The notes beneath the pieces were generated by a model that worked only from the letters and a program-made list of their open reading frames with translations, searched no databases and had not been told where the DNA came from. A stretch of 64,000 bases of DNA from Macrostomum lignano (taxonomy: Eukaryota). The translations under genes and the position numbers were made by a program. Numbering within the stretch: position 1 is the stretch's first letter; each line of letters begins with the position of its first letter. The stretch is taken from the NCBI GenBank assembly GCA_002269645.1, contig NIVC01000901.1, positions 62,001 through 126,000 on the forward strand, written 5' to 3'. This document shows positions 53,836 through 64,000 of this stretch, in pieces.

Positions 53836-55807
53836 TTACGAACTCTGCTGAAATGGCACCAAGCAGAACAGCATGTCGGAGTTCAACAGACGAAACCCGG
53901 ACCCAGGATTGGTGATGACCACTCGCTTAGTAGTCTGCAGCTCAACGGTGCTGTAGCTGTCGCGATACCGGTACACCCCCAGCGGGAGGATGCCGTGCGA
54001 CTTGAACACGCCGGTGAACAGGTCGCCGAATGTGCCCTGCTCGTGCGGCCTCAGTCGCGGATCCAGCATGGACAATTGCATCGCTCGACATCGATGCCGA
54101 TTAGCTTGAATCTCCGGCGTCTCCTCCGTGCCATCCAGGTTGAGCCCCTCGGCCATGAGCACCTCCATCTCGGGCGTGGCGCCGCCAGTCACCAGTGTGC
54201 GAATCAGCGTCATGGCGTTCATGTTGTGAAACACGGTTGACATCAGCGAGTCCAACACCCCGGCCGTGAACGCGTTGCCGCAGGCGTACGGCTGCGAGTT
54301 GTATATCTCCTCTTCATCGGCATCATCGTCCTCCTGATCGAGGAATTGAATATTCTTACCGACGAAGATCTCGGTAAGAATGGGCACCGCCACCTTGGCC
54401 AGTAGGGACTTCGATTTGGCGTCTTTGCTCTGAAAGGCTTGCAATTGAGCCTGCACACTGGTGTCGAGACCTTCGGCAAATGACATTGCTTTGATGTTGA
54501 GCGTGCACAACACCACTTCCTTGTCCATTAAGTAGGGATCCACCTGGTCCTTCCACCTCGACTTGGCGCTCAGTATGACGCACATGTCGCACAGGTTGAT
54601 CTTGGCGCTCCGCAGGATCACGCGGTTCATTGGCGAACCGGGAAACATGTAGATTTTTGGGAAGTTCTTCAACGAACCCCATTCGCGTTGAAGGAAGTCG
54701 AGATTGCCAATAAAAACGATTGGCCTTAGCTCGTTCAGACGGAAGTTGCTGGCCCGCAGAGGCATCACGAAGCTGCGCAGTCCGATTAAAGGCGAGTCGC
54801 TATCGGCGAACACGATGACAACGTAGTGCTGCCTGAGGTCAAGTCTTGCAACGCTATTAGGCGTCAGCATAACGTCCTCAAAGTTCTTGTCCGGACACCA
54901 GTGGAACATGCCAGTGAGATCAAAGTACTCCACGGACTCTTTTCTCGGTTCGACAAATTCGCCAAAATTGTCCTCTGAGCCGAACTCGGCCTCCTTCAGT
55001 GTGGCGAGCGCCTTGTTAGACACGACTTGAATCTCTGGCCGACGAACGTTGGCACTGTTGCCGCGAAGTCTGGTCAACTCGTGCGTCTCCCCGCAGCAGT
55101 GCCCGGAATCGACTCCGGGAGCACCTGCCGAATCCTCAGCGCGTGTACAGCTGCACGCCTTGATCTGCTTCGGCTCGGTAACGTCGCTGTGACACTTCCG
55201 ACAGTACAGGTAGGCTCGTCGCACCCCCTCCTGCGAGTCGGCGATGAAAAATCCGTGGCAGCCGTGATAGATGACGGTGTCCCTGCCGCTGGGGTTGATT
55301 GACAGAAATCTGTCGCCGTCATCGCTTTTGTCCTCCATCGCAAAGAGGAGAATCCCCAGTTTGTTGAAGCTGACTTCCACTGCGTCCTGGAATGGCATGC
55401 CGACAAATGAGTCGCTGAAGTACTCGGAGTAGATCTCCATTGCGCTGCCAATCTGGTAGTCCTTCTCCCAGGTGTTGGCGCGAACTGATTTGCACATGGC
55501 TCTGGTAGAGAACAGGTTCGCCATCAGAGTAGAAAAGCCAGGCGCCAGGCAGCTCTGCGCCAGGAAGCCCTGCTTGAGCTCGGCGAGGCAAACGCATTCG
55601 TCACCGAATCGCCAATCCCAGTTCGGTATGTTCAGCAAGTAGCCTTTGTTGTGATACTGCAGCAGCTGGATGATGCAGCGAGTTGTTGGCGAGGCATTTT
55701 TTATCGAAATGACACGCATGATGTTTGAAGCGTCCTCTGCGTCCGGGTCCTCGGTGTGCTTGTTGCCGAGGACGATCACGGCTGAGGCTGACTCAAGATC
55801 GACTCGT
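53836..55807 (-). CDS. slo (KCNMA1-like): Slo1/BK-type channel, exon 3 (rest of RCK1, RCK2, Ca2+ bowl)
   Basis: taacag|A acceptor; DPDAEDASNIMRVISIKN, AQSCLAPGFSTLMANLF, CRKCH, QFLDQEDDDADEEE-IYNSQPYACG. The three exons sum to 3363 nt = 1120 aa plus stop. Confidence 0.95.
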
Positions 55808-56889
55808 CTGTTAAGGGGGGGGGGGTTTCATTGGTGGATGTGAATTTCTTAGTGCTGAGATTAAAATCTATCGACTTTGATAAAGACAAACAAAGAAATA
55901 TTCAAACAAAAGGATAGTTCTCAGGATTCCTGTTTCGAAAATATGCTGTACTTTTTCTTGACTTGATCCGTCTCCAATAACTACATCTTTTCCCATTCTA
56001 CGAGCGTGGACCTGAAAAATCGTTAAATGTGTCGCTTTAGAAGGCGTGGTTCCCGGAACTGAATGCACATTGTACGAAACGCTACCACCATAACCGTCTG
56101 AACCGAATTAAAATATTTCAACTATGACGGATAACATAACAAAGTAGACTGGAAAAGATGTGCAGTACTTTTAAAAAACTTTAAATCGGTACACCTTCAA
56201 TCAACAAGGTTAATTAATAATTCAAGACATTATTAATTTTGTATACCAGCGTATTTTTGCTTACAACCAGTTTTGCAACTATCTAATGCATTGACAGTAG
56301 CAGTTCAGTCTGCATAGCTTGTATAGCGATGGAACAGGATTCCAGCAGTGTAATTAGGCCCACGTAAACCATGGGTTTAGAATCCACAGCAGCCAATTCA
56401 AGGAAAAAGTACAATTGGAAATATTCCCCTATTAGAAGCAAAAATCGGTCAGACGCAGGTTTGAATGATATGCCTTTTGGATTGATTTCCCCCCTCCGAG
56501 GGAGTAGTTTGAAGCTTACATCCTCCACTATGCGTCGTTTTTCATTTGCTCTGACTAGAAGCAATTCTAAACCCAAGACGCTCTATGGGGGCGGCGGCTT
56601 CCAAACCAGGTAAGCGCCCATTAGTATCCGCGTGGTAACTGCAGCTGTCGCTTGTAATTGGAGCTACATGTATTGTAGAACTACGAGTACCTAGAATTAG
56701 GCATGCCATTTGCGCATACCAACAAGCTATAAGTTCCGGTAAGGTTTGCCTTTCTTTAACTTCAAAGCATAATTTATTCTTCTTTCACATTCTGTGCACT
56801 CATAGATCAATATATTGATTACTACGTGCGCTTGCTTTTCTAGCTCTTGATGTCCTGCTTTGATAATTTAGGTAGAATTGGGTTGACTT

Positions 56890-57622
56890 AGGTGAGGAGT
56901 GGGGTGAGGAGTGGGGTGAGGAATAAGGTGATGAGTAGGGTGAGGAGTGGGGTGAGGAGTGGGGTGAGGAATGGGGTGATAAGTAGGGTGAGGAGGGGGT
57001 GAGGAGTGGGGTGAGGAATGGGGTGATGAGTGGGGTGAGGAGTGGGGTGAGGAGTGGGGTGAGGAATGGGGTGATGAGTAGGGTGAGGAGTGGGGTGAGG
57101 AGTGGGGTGAGGAATGGGGTGAGGAATGGGGTGATAAGTAGGGTGAGGAGGGGGTGAGGAGTGGGGTGAGGAATGGGGTGATGAGTGGGGTGAGGAGTGG
57201 GGTGAGGAGTGGGGTGAGGAATGGGGTGATGAGTAGGGTGAGGAGTGGGGTGAGGAGTGGGGTGAGGAATGGGGTGATGAGTGGGGTGAGGAATGGGGTG
57301 ATGAGTGGGGTGAGGAATGGGGTGATGAGTAGGGTGAGGAGGGGGTGAGGAGGGGGTGAGGAGTGGGGTGAGGAATGGGGTGATGAGTGGGGTGAGGAGT
57401 CGGGTGAGGAGTCGGGTGAGGAGTCGGGTGAGGAGTGGGGTGAGGAGTGGGGTGAGGAGTGGGGTGATGAGTGGGGTGAGGAGTGGGGTGAGGAGTCGGG
57501 TGAGGAGTGGGGTGAGGAATGGAGTGAGGAGTGGGGTGAGGAGTGGGGTGAGGAGTCGAGTGAGGAGTGGGGTGAGGAGTGCGGTGAGAAGTGAAGTGAG
57601 AAGTGAGGTGAGGAGTGGGGTG
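56890..57622 (+). repeat. G-rich 12-bp minisatellite GGGGTGAGGAGT in Slo intron 2
   Basis: Direct reading. Confidence 0.95.
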
Positions 57623-57815
57623 TGAGATAGGGTATGGAGTACTTAGGCCTGAAAGTATTAATCGTGAAGTGGATGATGGTTGGGGATAGAAAGGTTGACT
57701 TCGACTTGGACTATGCGGTTGTTTAGATGGCTCAGAGAGAAATGGAATTTCCAAGCAAATGCTTGCAGTTTGTGAATCTCAAAGTACTCAAAGCAAGGTT
57801 TGCCCAGTCACTCAC

Positions 57816-58240
57816 TGGCAATCAGCCGGACTCAGCACCGTCCCGGTAAAGTACACAACTCGACCGAAGTTTCTCTTCAGCAATCCTTGAAACTCCAAGT
57901 TCGGCTCCTTCTTGTTGATGCAAACCACTTCAACGTCAGTCTCCTGCCGGTCCTCGTGCAGAAAGTCGCTGAGGAAGCTCTCAATTGAGTCGAATGTCAC
58001 GGCGCCGCAGACGATGACGTGCTTCCTGCCGTGCTCTTTCTTGTAGCTGCCGGCGTACGGGCTCCTGCTGGTGATGATCTCAGCAATCTCCGGGATGAAG
58101 GAGGCGAAAATACCCAAGGCGAACATGATGTAGATTGAGATAAAGAACTTGCCCCAGCTGGTCTTGGGCGAGATATCGCCAAAACCAACTGTGCTCATTG
58201 TCACGATGGTGAAATACAGACAGTCTCCGAAGCTTATCGG
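57816..58240 (-). CDS. slo (KCNMA1-like): Slo1/BK-type channel, exon 2 (pore, S6, start of RCK1)
   Basis: ttgcag|CCG acceptor; CLYFTIVTMSTVGFGDISPKT, FASFIPEIAE, RKHVIVCG, DFLHEDR; CA|gtgagt donor. Confidence 0.93.
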
Positions 58241-58374
58241 CTGCAAATTAGATTGGTATCACGTGACGTCAGCATTATTATGTCTCGACTGTGTTATGGA
58301 GTAGAGCCTTACTATGAAAGTGCGTGGATTAGCACCTGCACTCTACATGTAGCTTGAGGGGTTCCATTCAAGGT

Positions 58375-59230
58375 TTAATAAGCACCCCTCTAGATGTAAT
58401 AAGCGTCTCTATAGTGTAATAAGCACCTGTCCAGGAGTAATAAGCGTCTCTATAGTGTAATAATCACCCGTACCCCTCTAGGTGTAATAAGCGTCTCTAT
58501 AGTGTAATAAGCACCTCTCTAGGTGTAATAAGCGTCTCTATAGTGTAATAAGCACCTGTCCAGGTGTAATAAGCGTCTCTATAGTGTAATAAGCACCTGT
58601 CCAGGTGTAATAAGCGTCTCTATAGTGTAATAAGCGCCACTCTAGGTGTAATAAGCGTCTCTATAGTGTAATAAGCGTCTCTATAGTGTAATAAGCGTCT
58701 CTATAGTGTAATAAGCGTCTCTATAGTGTAATAAGCACCTGTCCAGGTGTAATAAGCGTCTCTATAGTGTAATAAGCGTCTCTATAGTGTAATAAGCGTC
58801 TCTATAGTGTAATAAGCACCTGTCCAGGTGTAATAAGCGTCTCTATAGTGTAATAAGCGCCACTCTAGGTGTAATAAGCGTCTCTATAGTGTAATAAGCG
58901 TCTCTATAGTGTAATAAGCGTCTCTATAGTGTAATAAGCGTCTCTATAGTGTAATAAGCACCTGTCCAGGTGTAATAAGCGTCTCTTTAGTGTAATAAGC
59001 GCCACTCTAGGTGTAATAATCGTCTCTATAGTGTAATAAGCGCCACTCTAGGTGTAATAAGCGTCTCTATAGTGCAATAAGCACCTGTCCAGGTGTAATA
59101 AGCGTCTCTATAGTGTAATAAGCGCCACTCTAGGTGTAATAAGCGTCTCTATAGTGTAATAAGCACCTCTCTAGGTGTTGTAAGTGTCCCTCTAGGTGTA
59201 GTTAGCGCCACTTCAGGTGTAATAAGTATC
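58375..59230 (+). repeat. 20/21-bp modular minisatellite with constant GTGTAATAAGC core in Slo intron 1
   Basis: Core followed by GTCTCTATA, ACCTGTCCAG, GCCACTCTAG or ACCTCTCTAG. Confidence 0.94.
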
Positions 59231-59887
59231 AGTTAGCTCGTGACTGATTAGGTAATATACAGTGTAATATGCAGCTAGTGTATTATACACTGCATAGTGA
59301 GTTACTGCCCTGCAAAGTCAATCCTTCTTCAACCGCGACAATCAACGGTTTACACATGATTAAAGGGTTTGGGCGACGGATGGAAAGGAGGTTCTAAGAA
59401 AGTACGCTTCTTTCTATTCATTTTTTCGCTAGTTTTTTTCTCACTCTCCTCACTCTCTCGTCTCGAGCGCTCTATCAAGTTCAACTCTTAGTAAGACAGC
59501 GCATCTTTGCCTTCCCTCCTCCCCATGTTTTATTAGTTTCCACGAGCTATTTGAAAAGGCATCCATTACTCTCCTGCAAAATTGTCCGGTAACCAGTGCG
59601 GCAGAGAGGGGCTTGGTAACTGGGACAATTTATATTGCACCGGCGGCTAAATAACATCAGAAGCTGCGCTTAAGGTTTGCACTTTTTTTCGTTCAACTGG
59701 CTGCCGATAAGTCGCTTGCAGATTAGGAAAAAAACTTTTTTTACTTGGCGGCGGTCTGGAAGCAATAAATCATGTGCATTTTTTCCCCTGGCTAATACCT
59801 GCAGGTAAACTTATCCACTGAGGACAGAAATGGCCCAATAAAGACCGTCTGGGTTCCGCTGCTGGATGCAATGAGTATTGGCTATGT

Positions 59888-60069
<182 letters not shown>

Positions 60070-60518
60070 AAGTCAGAAGGATGCTTCAGTAAGCAGAATG
60101 TTGATTGGAGCAATGAAGAATTTTTTCATTAGCTAAGTGAAAGCTGCTTGAGGCCCAAGGCGGCGTCAGGGCAGGAGAGTCCATCGTAAAGAAAATCCAA
60201 TCATTTTCCAAGCTGCATTTTCAGCTGTTTGCTTCCACAAGCTCACCATGGCTGCCCCAGAGCATCTTTGCGCATAATTGGATTTTCTGGCAACCCAGCC
60301 TCTAAAAAGTGCACCTCCTTCTTCACTTCCTCTGCCTTGGGAGTAAACAGAAGCAGAAATGCAAGTAGATCATTTGTACGACGTCCTACCATTTGGAATA
60401 TTTAAGTTCTGTTTTCCTTTTTTACCCATCGCGGTTTGCGTAGCGTTGGTTTTTATGCAAATCGGGGTGTCAGCGTCCTCCAACGATAATAAATTACGCA
60501 CAAAACTTTGCAACTCAC

Positions 60519-61484
60519 ATTCGGATTGCTGTAGTCACTCTGCGGATCTCCCGTGTTCTCAAACAGGTGCGTGACCCCGGCTCCGATAAGCCAGACGCTC
60601 AGGAAGATTGTGATCATCTGCAGGGAGCGGATGATGGCTCCAGACTTGACGGCGCTGACGCTCTGCAGCACGTCTGGCAGCGTCATGACTCTCAGGCTGC
60701 GCATGAACCGGAGTCCCAGCCAGGACTGGCTGAGGCACAGGCTCACGAAGGCTGGCGGTACAGTGCAGTAGTCCACCACCGAGTAGAGCTCCAGCCAGAA
60801 CCAGAACTTGTCCTGCGCAGCCAGAAACCTGATGCAGAAAAACAACAAGAAGACGGTATTGAAAGCCAGGTCAGCCTGACTGAGTGGATTCCGCGACCAG
60901 GGCGTGCAGTTCTCAGTGGACCCGATTAGCTGGTTGGCCTCAATGATGTAGATTCCTGCCGACGAGATGCTCAGAACAAAGACTAGCACGGCTAGGATTC
61001 GACCGCTGACGCTTTGTGCGCTGATCAAATCGCTGGCCCAGTCGCGAATGGCTGAACTGCCGCTCGCTACGGAGCTGCCAGTTCGAGTGGCGTTGGGCGC
61101 GATTGCGACGCCGTCTTGTTGCTGCTGCTGCTGCTGCGAGCTTGTTGCTGCGGCTCCTGGCGCGATAAGCGCGCCCCCGCTGCTAGCGCTTCCGCTTCTC
61201 AGTGACTTCTGCTGCTCGTGCACCTCGTACTGATGATGATGGTTGCCGCCAGTCCCGGGGCGACCGCGCTGACGCCGTTGAAAGAGTTTGATCAGCCGGT
61301 TAACTACTCGGTAGAGCACGAGAAAGAGCAGTCCGCCCAGGAAGGCCAGGGCTGTCGAGGCCAGATGGTAATGCCATCGGCGCTCCGTGCAGGCTTGGAC
61401 GCTGCCAGGGGCTGTCGGCAGGACGGGAGCGGACCTGGTTGCAACGTTTGACGTATCGTTGAAAGCGGCAATTGTTGCGACCAT
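60519..61484 (-). CDS. slo (KCNMA1-like): Slo1/BK-type Ca2+- and voltage-activated K+ channel, exon 1 (S0-S5)
   Basis: S0-like WHYHLASTALAFLGGLLFLVL, RDWASDLISAQSVSGRIL, S4 WLGLRFMRSLRV, HLFENTGDP; AAT|gtgagt donor (phase 0). Start ATG at 61484 is the first in-frame ATG and is inferred. Confidence 0.9.
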
Positions 61485-63337
61485 GTCGGCTCCAGTTGGC
61501 AGAAATGATTTCGGCTGCAGCTCCAGCAACGCGTGGCCTGTTGCGCGCTCTGTTGCGATGCGAATCTCCCTTGGATTTTTTGAATTAAGACCGGGCCCCT
61601 CTTCTATAGTTGGGAGGCTTGCAGTGCGCGCCCAACCAACCTTCGTAATGCCCTGCTAGCTCTCTGTCTCTCTGCCTCTCTTACCCTTTTCCAGTATTTT
61701 CTCCTCCTCCTCCTAGAAGCCTTGAAGCAGACAGCAAATGAAAGATCAGAAGGAGAGAGAAAGAGGGTTGGGAGCCGAGAGGGAGAGGGAGCGCAAGGAG
61801 TACGCAACACGTTCAAATAGCTACACACGCACACACTATACGATGCCCTCCCGAACTATACCATAGCAAGCTGACACTTCCTGGTTGAAGGCTACCTGGA
61901 ATTGTAATATTTCTTTCCTAGATTTTTCAGTAACATATTTCCAGCAATATATTTATTTAATCAGCTTGGTTGGCAACGCTAAAATATACAATGGTCAATG
62001 GGGACACTAAATGCGTCCACTTCCTTATGGTTAGTGCGTTAATGCTCAGAACGTGTTGTTTAAAACTTTACCTATCCAAAAATGACGGATGTAGCTAGGG
62101 CCAGCTATGGGTTCTACCTTCCCATTATCAGTGCTACATTTCCCCAGCGCGTGCATTCTCGTATCTGCATCGGTCGCCACACACCAAACATCCCTTGGGC
62201 AGATTCAAATCCGCACACACTCCAACGAAGCCATTATTGCATTCCGATGTTAAATATCAATAGAGCCAGTAGAGCGCCCACAAGAACTACCGCATGTTTG
62301 AAATTGGAAAGGTTATTCAACATGTACGAGTTAAGTACCAAGTACGCGCAGGGCCATCCAAGAGCCCAAGCTTGAATGCAATGCAGATTACTATCCGAAG
62401 GAAAAAACTTTCACGGACGGACGGAAGATGTTAACTGAGATCAGGAAATTACAGCTCACTAAATAACTTTCGGATCAACAGTGAATAAATGCGGGGTGCT
62501 ACTCACCTATATGAAGCGACATTGTTCAGGATATTAAATCATTTTGCGATCACCTGTTTCCTGAAGATATTTATTGAGTAATACACTGTACACTTCTCTA
62601 TTAAGGCGCTGCGAACCATGGTGGTCAGGAGGAACAAGACCGTGCTCCATGTCAGGTGGAATGTTTTTCCACTGTAAACCACAATTGGAGAAAATATTCG
62701 CAAAAGAGTTGCAGACACCCTGGCGCAACGCCTTCTGGATAGCTCTGCCCACTCAGCGGACTCCTGTGCTCACCAGCGCGCCAGCACGCAGATAGTGTTT
62801 GCCAGCACGTCTGCGAAAGTCGGACTCGTTTACGTCTGAGCTCAGAATCAAGCGTTAACAAACAAACGTTTAATGGATTACGTTTATGCGCGGGATATGA
62901 GTAGATTTTCTACTGTTACTAACCATGCCCTTCATTAATTATTCCCTCAACGCAAAAACCCCAGAAATGTAAATTCCGCGCATACATCAAGACGATTGCA
63001 TGGTGGGAAAACTGCACTTCAATGCCAGAAGTTGTAAACAGTGCAGTTCCACTTCACCTTATCCGCGTTCCTTGTTTGCAAATACAAGCGGAGCACCCTC
63101 AGCGCTTTCGGGCTGTCTTTCTATGATAAGAGCAAAAAACTGTGGATCGGTTCCTTGTCAACACGAGAAATTCATATTTACCTGGTGCGCCAGAATCTTG
63201 AGGGCTTAGAACCACCGATGTTTTTATCGGCAAGCTATGTTGAATACATTATGCAAATACATATTTAGGAGTAAATTAAATGAAAAGTTATGGTCTTAGA
63301 AAAAATGTGTTTCCATAGCGACCATGAAAAGCTAGGA

Positions 63338-63500
63338 GGGGGGCATTTGTAGCCTAGTGGTGAGAGCGTCAGACTCACGACGAAAGGTCGGGGGTTCGAT
63401 TCTCAAGCAAACTCGGAAAAATTTGTCCTTGAGCAATACACTTAACTCTGCATTGCTTCAGATCACCCAGCTGTAAAATGGGTGCCAGCATTAATTGGGG
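63338..63500 (+). mobile_element. tRNA-derived SINE with a CORE-like central domain
   Basis: Pol III A box TAGCCTAGTGG and B box GGTTCGATTC, followed by GTCCTTGAGCAATACACTTAAC...CTGTAAAATGGG, resembling the MIR/CORE block. 3' boundary uncertain. Confidence 0.7.
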
Positions 63501-64000
63501 CAATTGAGGGTGCGTGTGGCGACCCCCAGTCCTTGGACTGAACAGCCGTACGCAGCCTTTAGATATGCGCGCAACAGATAGCTGCGCTCCTGTTTAAAAA
63601 ACGTATCAACAAAAAACGCACTGGAAAACAAAAGAACACAAACAGACGAAGCATCAGATTGATGGAAAGGATGCAAAGTAAGCAACTTACAAGAACAACA
63701 AATAGTTACAGAAAAAGTACTTATTTCGTTTTGTTTGCGCAATGGAACAAATATTACTGAGAATTTTACAACTGTGTATGTGAAAAAATACGAGAAAACT
63801 TGTAATACTTTAGCGATTGCTGCATGGTTTACAAGCGGTCTGTGCCGACAACTGTAACAAATATTAAATAAACTAAAGCATTTTTGACGATCATCTTATC
63901 GAGACAGTTTTCACTGCTTGTTAAACGATGTCCAACAAAATCGTTGAAACCGACGCCAACGGCCGCGTGATTGTAACGCGCGTTACGTAAGTGATAGTAC

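Noticed and set aside
53995-55597. Antisense and alternate-frame ORFs over the Slo exon (and similar ones over the Cys-loop and RPRD2 exons)
   Set aside because: Shadow ORFs of GC-rich coding sequence with no recognisable motifs.
58375-59230. CRISPR-like repeat-spacer pattern
   Set aside because: Tails are only 9-10 nt and recur, there are no cas genes, and the context is a eukaryotic intron.
63341-63405. Functional tRNA gene
   Set aside because: No paired acceptor stem could be built and the sequence continues into a SINE body; called a SINE head.

Overview
Eukaryotic (metazoan) genomic DNA with GT-AG introns and very dense intronic micro/minisatellites. The style suggests the flatworm Macrostomum lignano or a relative; this is inference only. 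Five protein-coding loci could be assembled by hand with frame-consistent splice sites: (1) the 5' part of a TASK-type K2P potassium channel (minus strand, 3 exons, runs off the left end); (2) a 3-exon, 467-aa gene fusing two C2H2 zinc fingers and an acidic/Q-G-rich linker to an ALKBH3-like 2OG-Fe(II) dioxygenase; (3) a 6-exon, 628-aa RPRD2-like Pol II CTD-interacting protein ending about 1.1 kb upstream of gene 2 on the same strand; (4) an intronless, divergent Cys-loop (nAChR-like) subunit with one in-frame TGA, bracketed by two related minisatellite arrays in inverted orientation; (5) a 3-exon, 1120-aa Slo1/BK-type channel with a GFG filter. Mobile DNA includes three MITE families with visible TSDs (one composite, one nearly all foldback), a decayed Gypsy RT, an RTE-like LINE fragment and a tRNA-derived CORE-like SINE. 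Most long ORFs in the supplied track are translations of tandem repeats. The best candidates for novelty are the ZnF-ALKBH3 fusion (possibly co-transcribed with RPRD2) and the orphan Cys-loop receptor cassette. All homology calls are from recognition of motifs by eye; no searches were run.
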